A program made the position numbers and the translations under genes. The notes under the pieces were generated by a model. That model had not been told where the DNA came from. It saw only the letters and a list, made by a program, of their open reading frames with translations, and made no database searches. Shown here in pieces: positions 20,866-34,400 of a stretch of 46,975 nt of DNA. Source of the stretch: Macrostomum lignano (taxonomy: Eukaryota); the NCBI GenBank assembly GCA_002269645.1, contig NIVC01004406.1, positions 1 through 46,975 on the forward strand. The letters are read 5' to 3'. Each line of letters opens with the position of its first letter. The stretch's first letter is position 1.

Positions 20866-22261
20866 ATAACCGGAGGCCTATTGGTCCGCGCGATACCCGG
20901 CCGTCGGAAGACAAGAGAAAAGCCCGACCACAAGGCTTTAAGACTAAAAAAAAAAGAACCGAGAAAACCAAGTGTAAAAAAACAGCTGGGACTACAAGAA
21001 CTGCTGAGAACTGATGTGTAATCAATTATTATTACTATTATTCAGTTGAGCAAGTTTGATAAAGAAGAAATCTTAAGGAACACCAGCGCCGACCAGCAGG
21101 CAGACGATAAATTTGAGGCTTTTAAAGCAATCAGCCGCCCAAAGGTAGCTCGTAACGGGTACCTGCCTGACAAAGAGAGACAGTAAAACAGCCCATTTTA
21201 CGAGTATGTTATTGTGTACCTGAATACGTACCGTATTTGTGTGCTCAGGGGACTGAGTAACGCTCGTTTGTGGTCGTCTTGAATCACAGCAGTTCCCACC
21301 AGCCCTCCTGTAGAGCGTAGTACCGACAGTCCCACGCACGTACACAGTAATATATTTCGAGCTTAGACTCAAATAAAAACACAAACTCTAGGGCCGAGAA
21401 AGGAGCAAGTTAAATGACTTGTTTTGGATTTATAAAGCCTCAAAAAGTATGACACAGCATCATTAATTTAGTCAGAAATGCACAGATCAGATCAGCGAAA
21501 ATAAAACGCCTAAATTAGTGGCAATAAACGCATATTACTTCTCGCAGAGAAATTACCAAAACAAATTTACTTATGCCTCATTCTCTTATAGTCTTCTGAT
21601 ATAATTTAGCCAGCATTCCGCTCCGAAACCTCTGCTAAGTAATAACAAAGCAGAAGTTGCTTTTAAAAGATGGACTATCCTGCCCGTGTGCTATAGTGGG
21701 TTGGTATGGAAAGGGAATTCTCATCTGGTCAGAAATAGCTACCGGTAATTGCACAGAATGTACGCTCATACGCACTCGCATGCGTACAGTTCCAGTTACG
21801 AGTTAGAAGGAGCTAAAATGTACGTAGGTAGACAGACCACACGTTTCTCTGACCTATGTAAATATGCACAGCCAACATGGAACTAAAAACTAGATGGCGC
21901 TTTTACAGCTCTTGGCGTCGAATTTTTCATTTTTATATCTTACAAAATAACACAGCAAAACTAGGAACTGCTCTGGTAAGTTAATTATAGTGAATAAACC
22001 TTTGCATATCCGCTAGACTAAATCTTGTACACCTTACTGTGTACAAATGGCTAGATATGGATTAAAGTTATAAGTAGAACAGACACCAGAATCACGGATT
22101 TTAGATTTCACCTCTCTTAATTGTAACAAGAAATGCTTACTGTAGCGAGCGACTTGGTATTGAGTATCTACCAGGATTCTGGGACTATTTTCATAGCGAC
22201 TACCATGAATTTGAAATAAACTTTCTCTCTTTCAGACAAAGAAGCACCCACTCCATCAAAT

Positions 22262-25200
22262 ATGGAGGAACTCAAGCCCATGCTGATGGAGCTGGGCAGC
22301 ATGTTTGCTGCTCTGCAGTCTATGCAGGCTGGCGAAGGACTTCCCCGACAGTTCGTCGAGCAAATGGAACGGCGGAGTAGAGAGTTGAACCTTCCGGATA
22401 ACCCCCAGGAATTAAAAGCTAGGATGAAAGAAGAGCAAAGGAAAATGAAAGCGAATTTTAAAAAGCTTAAAGCTGCGGCACAGAAAGGGAGTAGCGAGAC
22501 GGATTCATCATCCGAAAGCTCCGACAGCGAAGATGAGACTGAAGTGAATGCAGAAATTGGTGCATTCTTAGGCGCAGCTGCGCTAGGCAATGTGGGATTT
22601 TGCAGCATGATGCTACAGAAAGGGGTCGATGTGAATGCTCGGGTCAGAAAAGCACTACCGCACTTCACGCAGCCACTCATGAAGACAAATCTGATGTAGT
22701 TAACCTGCTGCTATCCAGAGGTGCCGACGTCAATGCCGCTGACAGCGATGGAGACACGCCGCTTATGCTCGCAATAATGAAGAAGCACAGGCCACTCATC
22801 CGACTTCTGGTTGAACGCGGAACAAATTTGCAATGGAGGAATAAGAAAGGCTTTACTGCAGCAGATTTGGCCTTCATTGCTGAAGATCGTGAGTCCTTAG
22901 ATCTGATACAAGAGCGAGAAAGATCTCTTCAATTCGACTGCAAAGTTCACAACGAATCGATACTATCCTTTGCGCAGAAGGGCTCGACGAAGATGATTGA
23001 ATATTGGCTGACCAACTATCCGCAGACAGACGACGTCAAGCCATGTGACCTTCAGTATAAAGACGGTCGTACTATCGCTTTCACGGCCGCCCTTAACGGA
23101 TCTGAAGAGCTTCTGGCCCTAGTTGACAGTCTAGATGCGGACCTTGACCTGCCAGACAATTCGAACAGCTCTCCACTTTTCTGCGCAGCTCAGAATGGCT
23201 ACGACAGCATCGTCAGAATGCTGATCGATAAAGGATGCGACGTGAACAGAGTTCGGGACACAGGCAGAACCGCTCTTTTCTCTGCCATCGTCAATAGTCA
23301 TTTAAATATTGTAAAAATTCTCGTTGAAGAAGGCGCGAACTTTAATATCAAGGACAAGACAGGAACGTGCCCGCTAGCCTGCTCAATTGTTTGCGGCTCC
23401 CAGGAGATCTTTGACTATTTGCTCGACGAGAAGGCAGCTGACTGCAGCGTAATCGATGAAAGCGGCAATGATCTAGTTCTAATTGCAGCTCTCTATAAAA
23501 GGTTCCAAATGCTACGGCAGCTGCACGAGCGTGGGCTGCCCTTGGACGCAGTGAATAATAAAGATGGTGAGACAGCTCTGCTGTCTGCCTGTCAAGTACG
23601 CTGCCCCGAGATGGTAGAGTATCTAGCTGATCGTGGGTGCAATTTGAATGTAGTAAATAAAAACGGAGTCACTCCTGTCCTGAGAGCTAGCTTCAACAAC
23701 GACCTTGCTACAGTGAAGGTTTTAGCGAAACGAAAAGCGCAGCTTGATGTGCCAAATAAGAGAGGAGAGACGGCCATCCTGGTTTCTGCGCAGAAGAAGT
23801 CGCTGCCTCTGGTTGAGTATCTGTACAAAAAACACTGCGACATCAATGTAATAGACAAAAACGGACGCACACTGGCGTACTACGCAGCAACAACCGACAA
23901 CATGGAGATTCTGCACGCTCTGATTCGGTACTCCGCACCCCTCGACTGCCAGGACAAAAAAGGAAACACGCCTCTGATGATCGCAGCAATGAAGCCTGCA
24001 AACTTGGAGATGTTGCAAATACTCGTAAAAAACAAATGCAACGTTGAGACTCGAAACAATGCTGGAAATACAGCCTGCAGTATCGCTGCGAAACAAGGAA
24101 GCTTGGATGTTTTGCAGTACTTGGACTCGATTGGTGAAGAGCTGGTGAATATTACGAAAAAAGGAAAGACAATCATCATGCAAGCGTCGAAACGAAACAA
24201 ACTCGCTGTTCTTCGTCTTATAAAAGCGTCAGAGAAGGCAATGAGCGACTTGGAAGCAACTTGCGATTTAGGGAGAACAGCGGTACATTACGCAGCTGTC
24301 GGTGGGCACACTGAAGCTGTCGACTTTCTGTCGAACGAGATGCATGCTGAGACGGACGCCAAAGATTTTCAAGGCAATACACCATTTATGCTAGCTGTTG
24401 AAAAAAAGCATAAAGAGGTGGCAGAGAAGCTCTACGATTTGGGAGCAGATGTCAATATTCGAAACAACGGGGGCGAGAATGCTGCCCACTTGGCAGTGCA
24501 AGCGGAATCACTAGAACTACTTAGGTTCCTTGATCAGAAAGGATGTTTTTTAGATCAAGAAGACAAGTCAGGGAAAACGCCGCTCATGCTGGCATGTGAA
24601 AAGAAAAAGATGGCTCTCATTAACTTTCTGCTGGCAAGAAACTGTTTTCCTAAGTCATTCTCCAAAGATGGCCGTCAGGTGATTCATGTAGCCTGCGAAT
24701 CCGGTAAGGCTCATATTGCAAAGCGGTTTATTGACCTAGGTGTTCCCGTGCATGCCGCTGATTCGAGTGGAATCTCAACGCTGATGCTCGCAGCCCAGTC
24801 GGGATCCAGTGAAATCATTGAGGCTTTGATCACTCGAAAGCAGCAGTTAGTCGAAATGAAAGATATCTTTGGCAAGTCAGCACTCGAGTACGCAATCGTT
24901 TGGGACCAGGAAAAAGTTATCAACCAGCTGATTGATGCTGGCTGCAACGTAGACAATCAACAGAAAGACGGTCGAACTCCGCTGATGCTAGCAATCGCGT
25001 CTACTTCAAAGAGTGCTGATGAGGTGGTGCAGACACTCATTGAGCGTGGGTGCAGCGTGGACGCCGTCACTGAGGATGGCTTCAACGTTGCTCATGTAGC
25101 TTGCAAATATAATAAGTTGCAAGTTTTGAAAGTTTTAATGGAAAAAGGCGTGTCGATTGAGAGTCTAACCAAATCAAGCGATTCCTGCTTGACGCTAGCC

Positions 25201-28200
25201 GTATCAAAAGGAAGTGCAGAGCTGATTGGCTTGCTCGTGGATGCTGGACTCAGCAAAAGCCACACCAACTGTGAAGGCCACTCGGCGGTCTCGCTTGGAT
25301 ACCAGAGGGGCAACGAAGAGGTTCTTTCTAAACTTTTGCCGGTGAGCGATTCCGATGTTTCAAACAAATATGCCAACGGAAACACTTTGCTGCACTTGGC
25401 ATGCGAAGGAGGTTTGAAGAAGCTGATTGAAAGCCTACTCGACCGAGATCCAACTCTTTTGGAAGCCAAGAACAGTAAGCTCGAGACTCCTCTTCATGTG
25501 GCATCCCGCTGCTCAAAGCTTGAATTAGTTGACTTGCTGCTTCAGCGGGGGGCAGAAATTAATTCGGCGGACGAGATGGGCGAGACACCTCTATTCATGG
25601 CTATTTCTGCAGGCAATTTTACGATTTGCAAATCAATTTTGGACAAAAAACCTGATTTGAGTCTTTTGAACTCAGAAGGAGTGTCCGCTATGGCTAAGGC
25701 CTATCACAAAGGCAAGACGTCAATTATCCGAATGCTTCAAGCGGAGGAGGCCCCCCTTTTTCCAGAGAAGCTCCCAGCATCATTTGAGGTATTTCGAACA
25801 AATCTTCTTCAAATGAAGTTTAGAAATCTAAATGAACTTTTGAATGCCGGTTTATCGATTGACCGCCTCGAGAAGGACTGGCACCTGCTGCATCTAGGAA
25901 TTGAGACGAGTCGCAGCGAGCTCATCACCGAACTGCTCAACCGGGGTGCCAGCGTTAATGTGAAAGACGAACAAGGCAACACGCCGCTCCTAAGCGCTGT
26001 CATTTTCGGTAGGATTGACGTTGCTAGACAAATATTGGAAAAGCATCCAGAGGCAAAGAATGACGTTAACAATAAAGGTGACACAGTTTTGCACGTCGCT
26101 GCTAAAGAGAATAAACTCAGCACTTTGAGTTGGCTTCTGACGAGTTTTGACTTTGAGAAAAACGTGCGAAACAAACAAGGACAAACTGCTCTTCACATTG
26201 CAGCGTCGAAGGGCAATGTGAAAATGTACGAGCTCTTAGTCCAGAAGGGATTCGACTCTGCACTTATTCTTGAGGAGGAGCAAAAGAAATATCGAGTAAG
26301 CCATATTTCAGCCATGTCGAACAGCATGAGCTTGCTCAGACACCTTCGTGCAAAAGGCGAGTTGTCGATTCAATTTTCTAAGAAGACACCCTCAGTCTTT
26401 GAAATTCTTGTCATTGAAGGACAACTGAAGGTTTTGCAACAGCTATGCAACGAAATGGGCCAAAACTATGAGGATGAGAACTTTTTCGGTGCCAGAAACA
26501 TGGCGTTCTTTACTGGTCACGAGGCCATGTGCACATGGATGATAAATGTGAGAGTCGATCTGGATCGCCCAGATAGGGACGGTGAGACTCCTATTTCTCG
26601 GTCAGTTGTGGGAGGCAATTTCCATCTTTGCCGAGAGCTCATTGAAAAAGTAAAATGCGATTTGTCAGTTAAAACAAAACACGGTGTCAGCTTAGTACAA
26701 GAAGCAGTAGTGGCTAATCATGAGCCAATCCTGCGGTACTTAATTCAGAGAAATGCATCCATTGAGGAGGCGGACAATGATGGGGATACACCTCTTCTTG
26801 AAGCAGTGAATCTAGAAAAAACAAGGCTTACCTTGGTTCTTCACAGCGAATACAAATGCGACCTGAAGAGAACCAACAGACTCAATCGCAATGCTGCCCA
26901 TTTGGGTGCGATTGCGGGGAACCTTGAAAATTTAAAATACTTGAAGCAAAACTTGCCTGCCGAATTATTTGATGCCTCTGACTTGCATTGTGATACACCC
27001 CTGATGCTTTCGGTACTTCACGAAAAAACTGATGCCTTCAGCTATCTGTTGGAAAACTTCGCTTTGGATGTGAACCATCAGAATGAGACTAAGAGTAGCG
27101 CTCTTCACTGGGCTGCTCAGAAATCTAATTTGAGTGCAGTTGCCGTGGTTTGCTGGACAAAGATGGCGTGACACCGTTAATGCTGGCGGTAAAAGCAAAG
27201 TCAACGGAGTGTGCCAAAGCACTGCTAGATAGTGGAGCTTCTTTGACGGCGAAAAATAGGTACGGAGACAGTGCGCTAGCTCTCATGCTTCACTCGGATG
27301 ATGGCAAGATGAAGGATCTCGGTAGAGAGCTTCATGGTGGAAGCCACATGGATGTGACAAACAGGTAAAATCCTGTGGCTACTTAATAATAATCTTGCAA
27401 AAATGAACAAACGTATCGATTACATTTTAGGCTAACAACAATTGAGTCACTGGGCCATTTGACAGTGGTAAGCCTCCACTACTATGATCATTTCCCTGAT
27501 CAGCGACCTCAAGAGTCAGACGAAGAAGAGGATGAGCCGGAAGATATCGCACAGGTTCCGTCACGGCGTATCACACAAAGGCGGCTGACAACGTCAGTCA
27601 GAAGCCTCCAGTCGAGCATATCTCAAACCTCCAGGGCACAGCAGTTTGATTTTGAGCAGTTGCCGGGTCATGCAAGGTAGGAAATGCTAATTTTATGGAT
27701 GATTGCTTTTTGGTGCAAACCTCCTGGCTGTCATACATGTCTTAGACACAAGCTATATTCAAGGCATAGAAACATAAAGCTGGGGCACTTTTATTCTCGC
27801 TTTCTTGCAGAAACTGGCGACAATCTTCCGTTCATTTTGAAGACCTCGATGGTTCCGAAGAAATCGCGGCAGCCTTCACCGCTCACCGGTCCATCTCGAT
27901 GGGCAGTTTTGTGTTAAAAATAGAAGCTCAAAGCTCTGATCGGAAGTGGCAGAAACTGATAGATGATGCCATGGTCCAGAGTTTCAAGTTCCCAAAGAGC
28001 GACAGCTCAGAATCAGAGGCTGCCAATCTCTGCCAAGTAGCCGACATCAAGTACGGTCTGGAGCCTCGACCAACTTTGGAACTGTCAATAAGTCTGCCGA
28101 AAAGACGGCTTAGCGAATGCCTCGACCAGATCAGAGATCGGGACCAAATTCATCACTGCTTGGATAGAGAGTTTGGTAACATGGTGGCCAGGCAGGTTCT

Positions 28201-28678
28201 CAGCGGCCTAGCTTATCTGCACTCAAACAGTATCACTCACGGCCGGCTCACTCTGGCCAGCATTTTCGTCACTGACAATCACGTGCTGAAGCTTAGCGAC
28301 TACGGAATGCTGTCTCAGCTTGCGGCTTACGTAGCTAACAGTCACCGGCGCTATGACCCGTGGACTGCGCCGGAGCTCCGACGGGTCAGCAGCGAAGATC
28401 CAAAGCTGGCAACGCAGGCGGGTGACATGTGGGCCTTCGGCTGCACTCTGCACGAGGCGCTGATTGGCTGCCCACCAGAGAGCGAAGCGGGCGACCTTAC
28501 TGAAAGCTACCTGCTGCGCGTGTTTTGCCGCGCTCAGAGGCTGCAACTGCCGGTGAGTTTACTCATCACCGAGCGGATCTTTCCTGCAGAATTGGCAACT
28601 GTGTTCAAAAGTGTTTACCTGGACAATCCGGAAAGCCGAAAGTTGGCGCAGCCGCTGCTCAACTCTTTGCCGTTTTGA
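22262..28678 (+). CDS. Giant ankyrin-repeat protein (~40 repeats) with N-terminal helical region and C-terminal pseudokinase, ~2,050 aa; exons ~22236-27364, 27431-27467, 27504-27676, 27811-28678
   Basis: Dozens of G-x-T-[PA]-L-[HM]-x-A repeats in ORF 22600-27171. Canonical GT-AG introns (27365-27430, 27468-27503, 27677-27810) join the ankyrin exon in frame to a kinase fold with LAYLHSNSITHGRLTLASIF, LKLSDYG, WTAPE and GDMWAFGC. Apparent frameshifts near 22640 and 27150. Confidence 0.8.
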
Positions 28679-30265
28679 TTCGTTATTCCGAGGCATTCGG
28701 TCGGAATGCGTAACGACCACAGACCAATAAGTCTGTACTTATTATTGGTCTGTGGTAACGACAGATACTTGTGGTATAACAAGTTTCTTTGCTTTGCTTT
28801 TTATGTAATAACATATTATATTTATCATTGCACAACCAACTTTTTATGCTTTTTGACAGTGAAGCCCAATACTACTACTACCATCATTATGAATCCCAAT
28901 TAAATCAGATTTCGTATGTTTCTTCCCAAGTGGCCAACAATTTACTCCTGAGAGCTGAGGAACTCAATGGGGCTCCTTGGAATGCCAAGTTTGTGGCATC
29001 ATACCCAGCAATTCCCCCAGAAACATCGCATATGCACAGGTAAAATGCCACAGATATCCACTCACAAGGGGTGGGGGCTTAGTGACTATGGGCAGACTGA
29101 TTGCGCCACACCTGGAATCGAACACAGGACCACTGAATCCAGTGCGATCTTAATTTTACATAGCTACATCTATTTAGCTAACAGAGCTAGCCATAGGGAA
29201 ATACAAGGTGTTTTTCTATCGAAATTGCTAATTACATGTAGGCCTTTAACTCGTTCATGCAAACAAATTTTTCAAATTCTTGCACGATTTTATTCTCAAA
29301 TTTTAAAGACAGTTAATATTTTTGCTTAATCGCGGCATCATGTGAGTTTTTTCAACATCGCTTCTTTTTTATTTTTACTATATGCTCGTATCCTTGCGTA
29401 ACAAATAATTTTTTATATTTACTCTAGAAATTTGATATTTAACAGAAAATAACGAAATTTTTATAGTTTCTGAACAGCCAAAGCTAAATTTTACATCGCT
29501 GGACATGCTGGAACTCACTATCGTTACATTGCATATTACTAAAATTAGTTTTAGCTCCCTAATTATTTATCCGAGTTTTCAATAAAATACGCATGGCCTC
29601 TCACTCAATATTCCAACGATCAATGATTAACTTTTTAAATAAAACAATATTTACACAGAGTAGCCAGCCAGGTGCAAATTTGTTTATTAAGGAGATGACT
29701 TTATTTTTTCTTTTCTTTGCTAAGCTAACGAGTTTCTAGTGTTATCCAAGCGTCAGGGAATCTTCCAGCAAGACTTGCAGCCGAAACCCAGTCGGTTCTG
29801 TTTATTTAGACTTTGTACTTGGCTCAAAGTACCTCGTAGCTTCTGAAAGTTTTTATTGTACGCATTTCATGTACTTAAATGTCTGTGGTAGACTGGCCCT
29901 CTTCTATGTACTTAAATGCTGTGGTAGACTGCCCTCTTCTACCGTACAGTCAGCTGTACAGAAACCCTGCCACACACCCTGCCTTCTCTTTCCTGTCTAT
30001 AATTTCGTCTCTCTAAAAGCTTTCCAGCCATGCGTTTTAAGCTCTCAAATTCATTCTTTCTAGGCGTGAGCGCGATACGAAAAAACGACGTTTTAGCAAG
30101 ACAGAGTCAGCCGTCTTCCGTTTGCACTTCGAAGCTTTCAGCTCTATGGGCTTTCGGTGTACCATCGGGATCACCAGGTAAAATCTTGTATAAATGCCGG
30201 TCGCTAAACTTTGGGGTACTCAGAAATCTGATTGAAAGGATTGAAATGCAATAAATGGGCGGTAT

Positions 30266-30697
30266 ATGAATAAAAATCGAGAAAATCTCGGCGGAAATTC
30301 TTGTAAGCCAAGATAAAAAGGAAAATATTTTCTCAACTGTCGAGATTTTCGCGCGTAGAAATTCTCTCAAGCTAAGAAAATCTGCAAAAGACATGAATAA
30401 ACTTTTCTTGGCTTTCAAGACTTTCTCGCAAGAATTTATGAAGCAAATTGTCGTCTATGGGCCAACCTGGGCAAGGTTGGGTGGAATCTCGAGAGACAGA
30501 AATAAGACTGGGTGCACAACTGACGGACACAGACATTGAGAAAAGGGTAAAGAGAAAAGATACTCTTGTCTCAAAATCTCATAAGAAAATCTTCAGAAGA
30601 AATTCTCGCGAGAAAAAGTAATTTTCTTGTTCATTAAAAGCCAAGAAATTCTCGCTTTCTTGCAAGATTAAAAAAGGTTTCTCTTTTTTATTCATAC
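30266..30697. mobile_element. Possible non-autonomous MITE-like insertion
   Basis: Short imperfect terminal inverted match (TATGAATAAAAATCGAGAAA vs TTTCTCTTTTTATTCATA) and internal reiterated GAAATTCTC/AAAATCTC motifs. No clear TSD. Confidence 0.3.
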
Positions 30698-31492
30698 CTT
30701 TTCAATGTCAATGCTTATTCAAAACAAATATATTTGCTTTTCATTAAACTTCATGAATAAAATAAATGAATAGAATAGAATGTATCATGAATAGAAAAAA
30801 TTGCACACAATCTTGAATCTGGATAGATACACACTTTGTTCTTTTGAACTGATTCGCTCTGTCGACCTTAAAGGCTCGTGGGGGGAATTGCTGAGTTGTC
30901 AAGGCTCATATAGGCAGGATGACTGATATTTACAGACTCGTGGGATAGTTTCTGAGATATCAAGGCTGATGGGAATTGCTGAAATGGTGTGGCTGATGGG
31001 GGTTGCTCAGATTCTTTGATGCTAAAGCTCAAAGGAGCTGTTGATATCTTAGGTTAGATAGCTGGCTTTCTGGGTGGATTAAACTGCTTTAAACTTCGTT
31101 TTCCTTAAGAAACTAACAGTAGTGACTGTACAAGGTCGAAACCTACATGCAGTTTATTAAAAAGTTGTGTTCCTTACTTTGTTGCCTCTCTAGTGTGGGC
31201 GGAGATTGCTAGTCCATTATACTAAAAGTTAAAAATAGCTATTAAAAATATCATTAGAAATTGTCAGAAATACAGATCACTAGTCACTAGTCATTCGCGC
31301 GAATTCGCCTAGCTAAATCAAAACTGTATTGAGGTGAAACCCTCTTTTCCGACTTTAAACCAGTTTTTTGACCGCCCTAGCTTTGTATCAGTAACTTTCA
31401 AACAAAAGAATCACACAGTTAAATCGTGTAGGTGCCACGTTTCTTGCAGAGAAGATTTGTACAAAAGCAATAACAATCAATGACTTTCAGAC

Positions 31493-34400
31493 ATGCCGAA
31501 GCCCAGCGACAACAACAAAAAACGCAAGAAGGCGAGAGAAGTCGAGGAACTTCTTCTGCAGCTTGGAATAAAAAACTCGTCAAATGAACCATCAGCTGGC
31601 ACTCGTCTTCCTCAAGGTATTAAGGAACTGCTATCCAAATTGAGCACTCAAAGATTAGATCAGCTCGAGTATGCTAAATTGGAGGAGCTCGCTCTCCAGA
31701 TTAGGCGCTTCATGCAATGGCGTGACGACTCGGCTTCTTTGTCAAGTCGCGCCGACAGCAGAGAAGACGGTGAGCCTGATGAAGCCCTACTAAGAGCAAC
31801 CCGTAGTCTACATCGCGCAGCTGAATCTGGCGACCTAGAGTCCTGCCAGATGGCCCTGCGCAGAGTTCCGAGTGTCGACTGTCAAGACGCCTACGGATTG
31901 ACTGCGCTTCACTGCGCAGCTAGAAACGGACAAAGTGAGATTGCCAGCAGGCTTCTCTCCGAAGGGGCCAGTATCAACGCTCAGGACCAAGACGGCAACA
32001 CGCCTCTAATGCTGGCAACCGTTAATCAGCAACCACATCTGCTCCGGCTGCTAACTGACCGTGGCGCAGATCTTGTCGTAAAAAATCGCCAGGATTCACA
32101 GCCGCTGACTTGGCCTTTGCTGCTCACGACCTGCAGAGTCTTGCTATTCTGGAAGAGAAGCAGTTGGCTCTGCAGTTTGACGCGGCGGTGCACAACGAGA
32201 CCATACCGGAGCTGGTACGGAGCCATGCAACCGAATGCGTCCGTTATTGGCTGGAAAATTATCCGAAACGAGACGCCGAAAAGCCGTGCGATCTCCAGTA
32301 CAAGGATGAGCAGACAATCGCTCATGTAGCCTCCCAAATTGGCTCCACAGAGTTTCTCCATCTAGTTGCAGAACAAGATGGAAACTTCGACAAGATTGAC
32401 AATACCAACAGCTCCCCGTTGTTCTACGCTGCTCAGCAAGGAAGCGAAGAGATTGCAGAGCTTCTATTGAGCAAAGGCTGCAACGTAAATCGGGTTTGCA
32501 ACCTGGGTAGAACACCATTGTTTTCAGCCGTAATGAATAGCCATATAGAATTTGTGAAGATGCTACTTAGAGCTGGTGCCAACGTGCACCTGAAAGATGG
32601 TATGGGGAAATGCCCCTAGCCTACTGCATCGAATCTGAAAATCAAGAGATCTTCGATTGCGTGCTTGACGCAATGAAATCTACCGACCAATTCGAATGTG
32701 AAACCCAGTCAAATCTGATTCAACTGGCAGCTGAACTAAGCCGAGTCCAAATGCTGAAGCAGCTTCATCAAGCTAGTATGCCACTGGACATTCCGAGAGC
32801 GAAGGACGGTCGAACTGCAGTCATGGCAGCGTGTCACGCCGGCACCGCAGAGACAGTCGCCTATCTTGCCGAAAATAACTGCGACGTAAATCGCATCGAT
32901 AGAGCTGGAAATACTCCGGCACTTTTGGCTGCCGCCAATGGGCAGTTGAGCGTGCTGAATGTGCTAAAAAGTCATCAAGCAAACTTCGATGTACCAAACT
33001 CAGAAGGCAAGACTGCAATATTGGTAGCTGCAGGCTCAAAAGACAACGCTTTGGAGACTGTCAAATTCCTGTTAGATCAGGGTTGCAAGATTAATGTCAT
33101 CGATAATAAGGGAAATACAGTAGCTTCTCAAGCTACCTCTGCTCTTAACTGGCCGCTGATCAAGCTTTTGATTGAGAAGAAAGTCCCATGGACATTGCCG
33201 ACAACAAGGGCAATACCCCTCTCATGAAGGCAATCACCGCGCAGTCTGAGGACGGCTCCCTGACTCGAAAAATTGTCATTGCTTTAATTGGGTACGGGTG
33301 TAGTTCCACTGTTAAGAATAACAAAGGAAATTCTGCTTTGAGCATGGCCGCCAAGATGGGTAGGGTGGACTTACTGACACATTTTGCTGCAAGCGGAAAA
33401 CCTATAATGAACATTAATAGAAAGGGTAAGACTATCCTAATGCAAGTTGCAGCAAAAAACCAAGTCGATGTTATTCGGTATCTCCACCGAGACTCGCCAG
33501 AAGAGAATGACAATAAAAACGCTACAGACGAGTGCGGCAGAACCGCTGTGCATTTCGCTGCCATGAAGGGGCATCCTGAAGCAATTGTCTATCTTGTTAA
33601 CAATTTAAAGTGCGTTTTCGATACAAAAGACAAATACGGGCTCACTCCGTTCTTGCTAGCCGTTAGAGAAGGCAACGAAGACGTGGTTAAGAAACTCGCG
33701 GACTACGGTGCAGATGTTAACTTGAGAAACAATCAAGGTGAAAATGCGGTCCACATGGCAACGCAGATGAGATTCTTTGACCTGATGAAGCTGCTAGAAC
33801 GGAAGGACTGTTGCCTCGACCAAGAAGACAAAGCGGGCAAGACGCCACTTATGATAGCATGCTCCAATAGCGACTCGTCTACTGTGGACTTTCTGCTATC
33901 CAGAAACGTTCTGCTTGAACCCTGCACTAAAGAAAACAGACAAGCCATCCATTTTGCTTGCGAGGCAGGTGGACTTGAAGTTCTACAGAAGCTGGTGGAG
34001 AAAAATGTCTCCATTTGCTGCACTGACTCGGCCGGAATCACGACCCTGATGCTGGCGGCGCTGGCTGGGTCAAGGGAAATTGTGAAAATTCTCTTAACGA
34101 CGGTACCAGACCTGAACTTTGTGACAGCTAAAGATAACTACGGCAAGACTGCGCTTGAGTATGCAATCATTGGCCAGAATAGCGAGCTTCTGTCTGACCT
34201 AATTAGCGCTGGATGCGACGTGAACAATCGGAAGTCAAACGGTTGGACACCTCTCTTGATTGCGATAGAGGTGGGCAAAGCCGCCGCCGATAGCATGGTG
34301 CAGATATTAATCGCCAGCGGGTGCAGCAAAGACGCCGAAACAGAAGACGGTCTCAGTGCTGCTCACCTGGCGTGCAGGTGTAACAAGCTCGAAATTATGA

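Noticed and set aside
21073-21384. Minus-strand 103-aa ORF or solo LTR
   Set aside because: No recognisable domain, and no paired LTR, TG…CA ends or TSD could be identified.
22262-22490. MLKL-like four-helix bundle (MEELK… resembles MENLK…)
   Set aside because: Only ~75 aa before an acidic linker, shorter than a 4HB; similarity limited to a few residues; an upstream splice acceptor at 22235 leaves the true start uncertain.
22262-28713. RNase L or ILK orthologue
   Set aside because: Far too many ankyrin repeats, and no KEN ribonuclease domain after the pseudokinase (stop at 28678; the alternative frame ends at 28713).
28706-30418. Short ORFs between the two ankyrin genes
   Set aside because: No domain signal or consistent splice model; AT-rich intergenic character.
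22168-34329. Numerous antisense ORFs over the ankyrin genes
   Set aside because: Shadow frames of long coding exons with no independent motifs.
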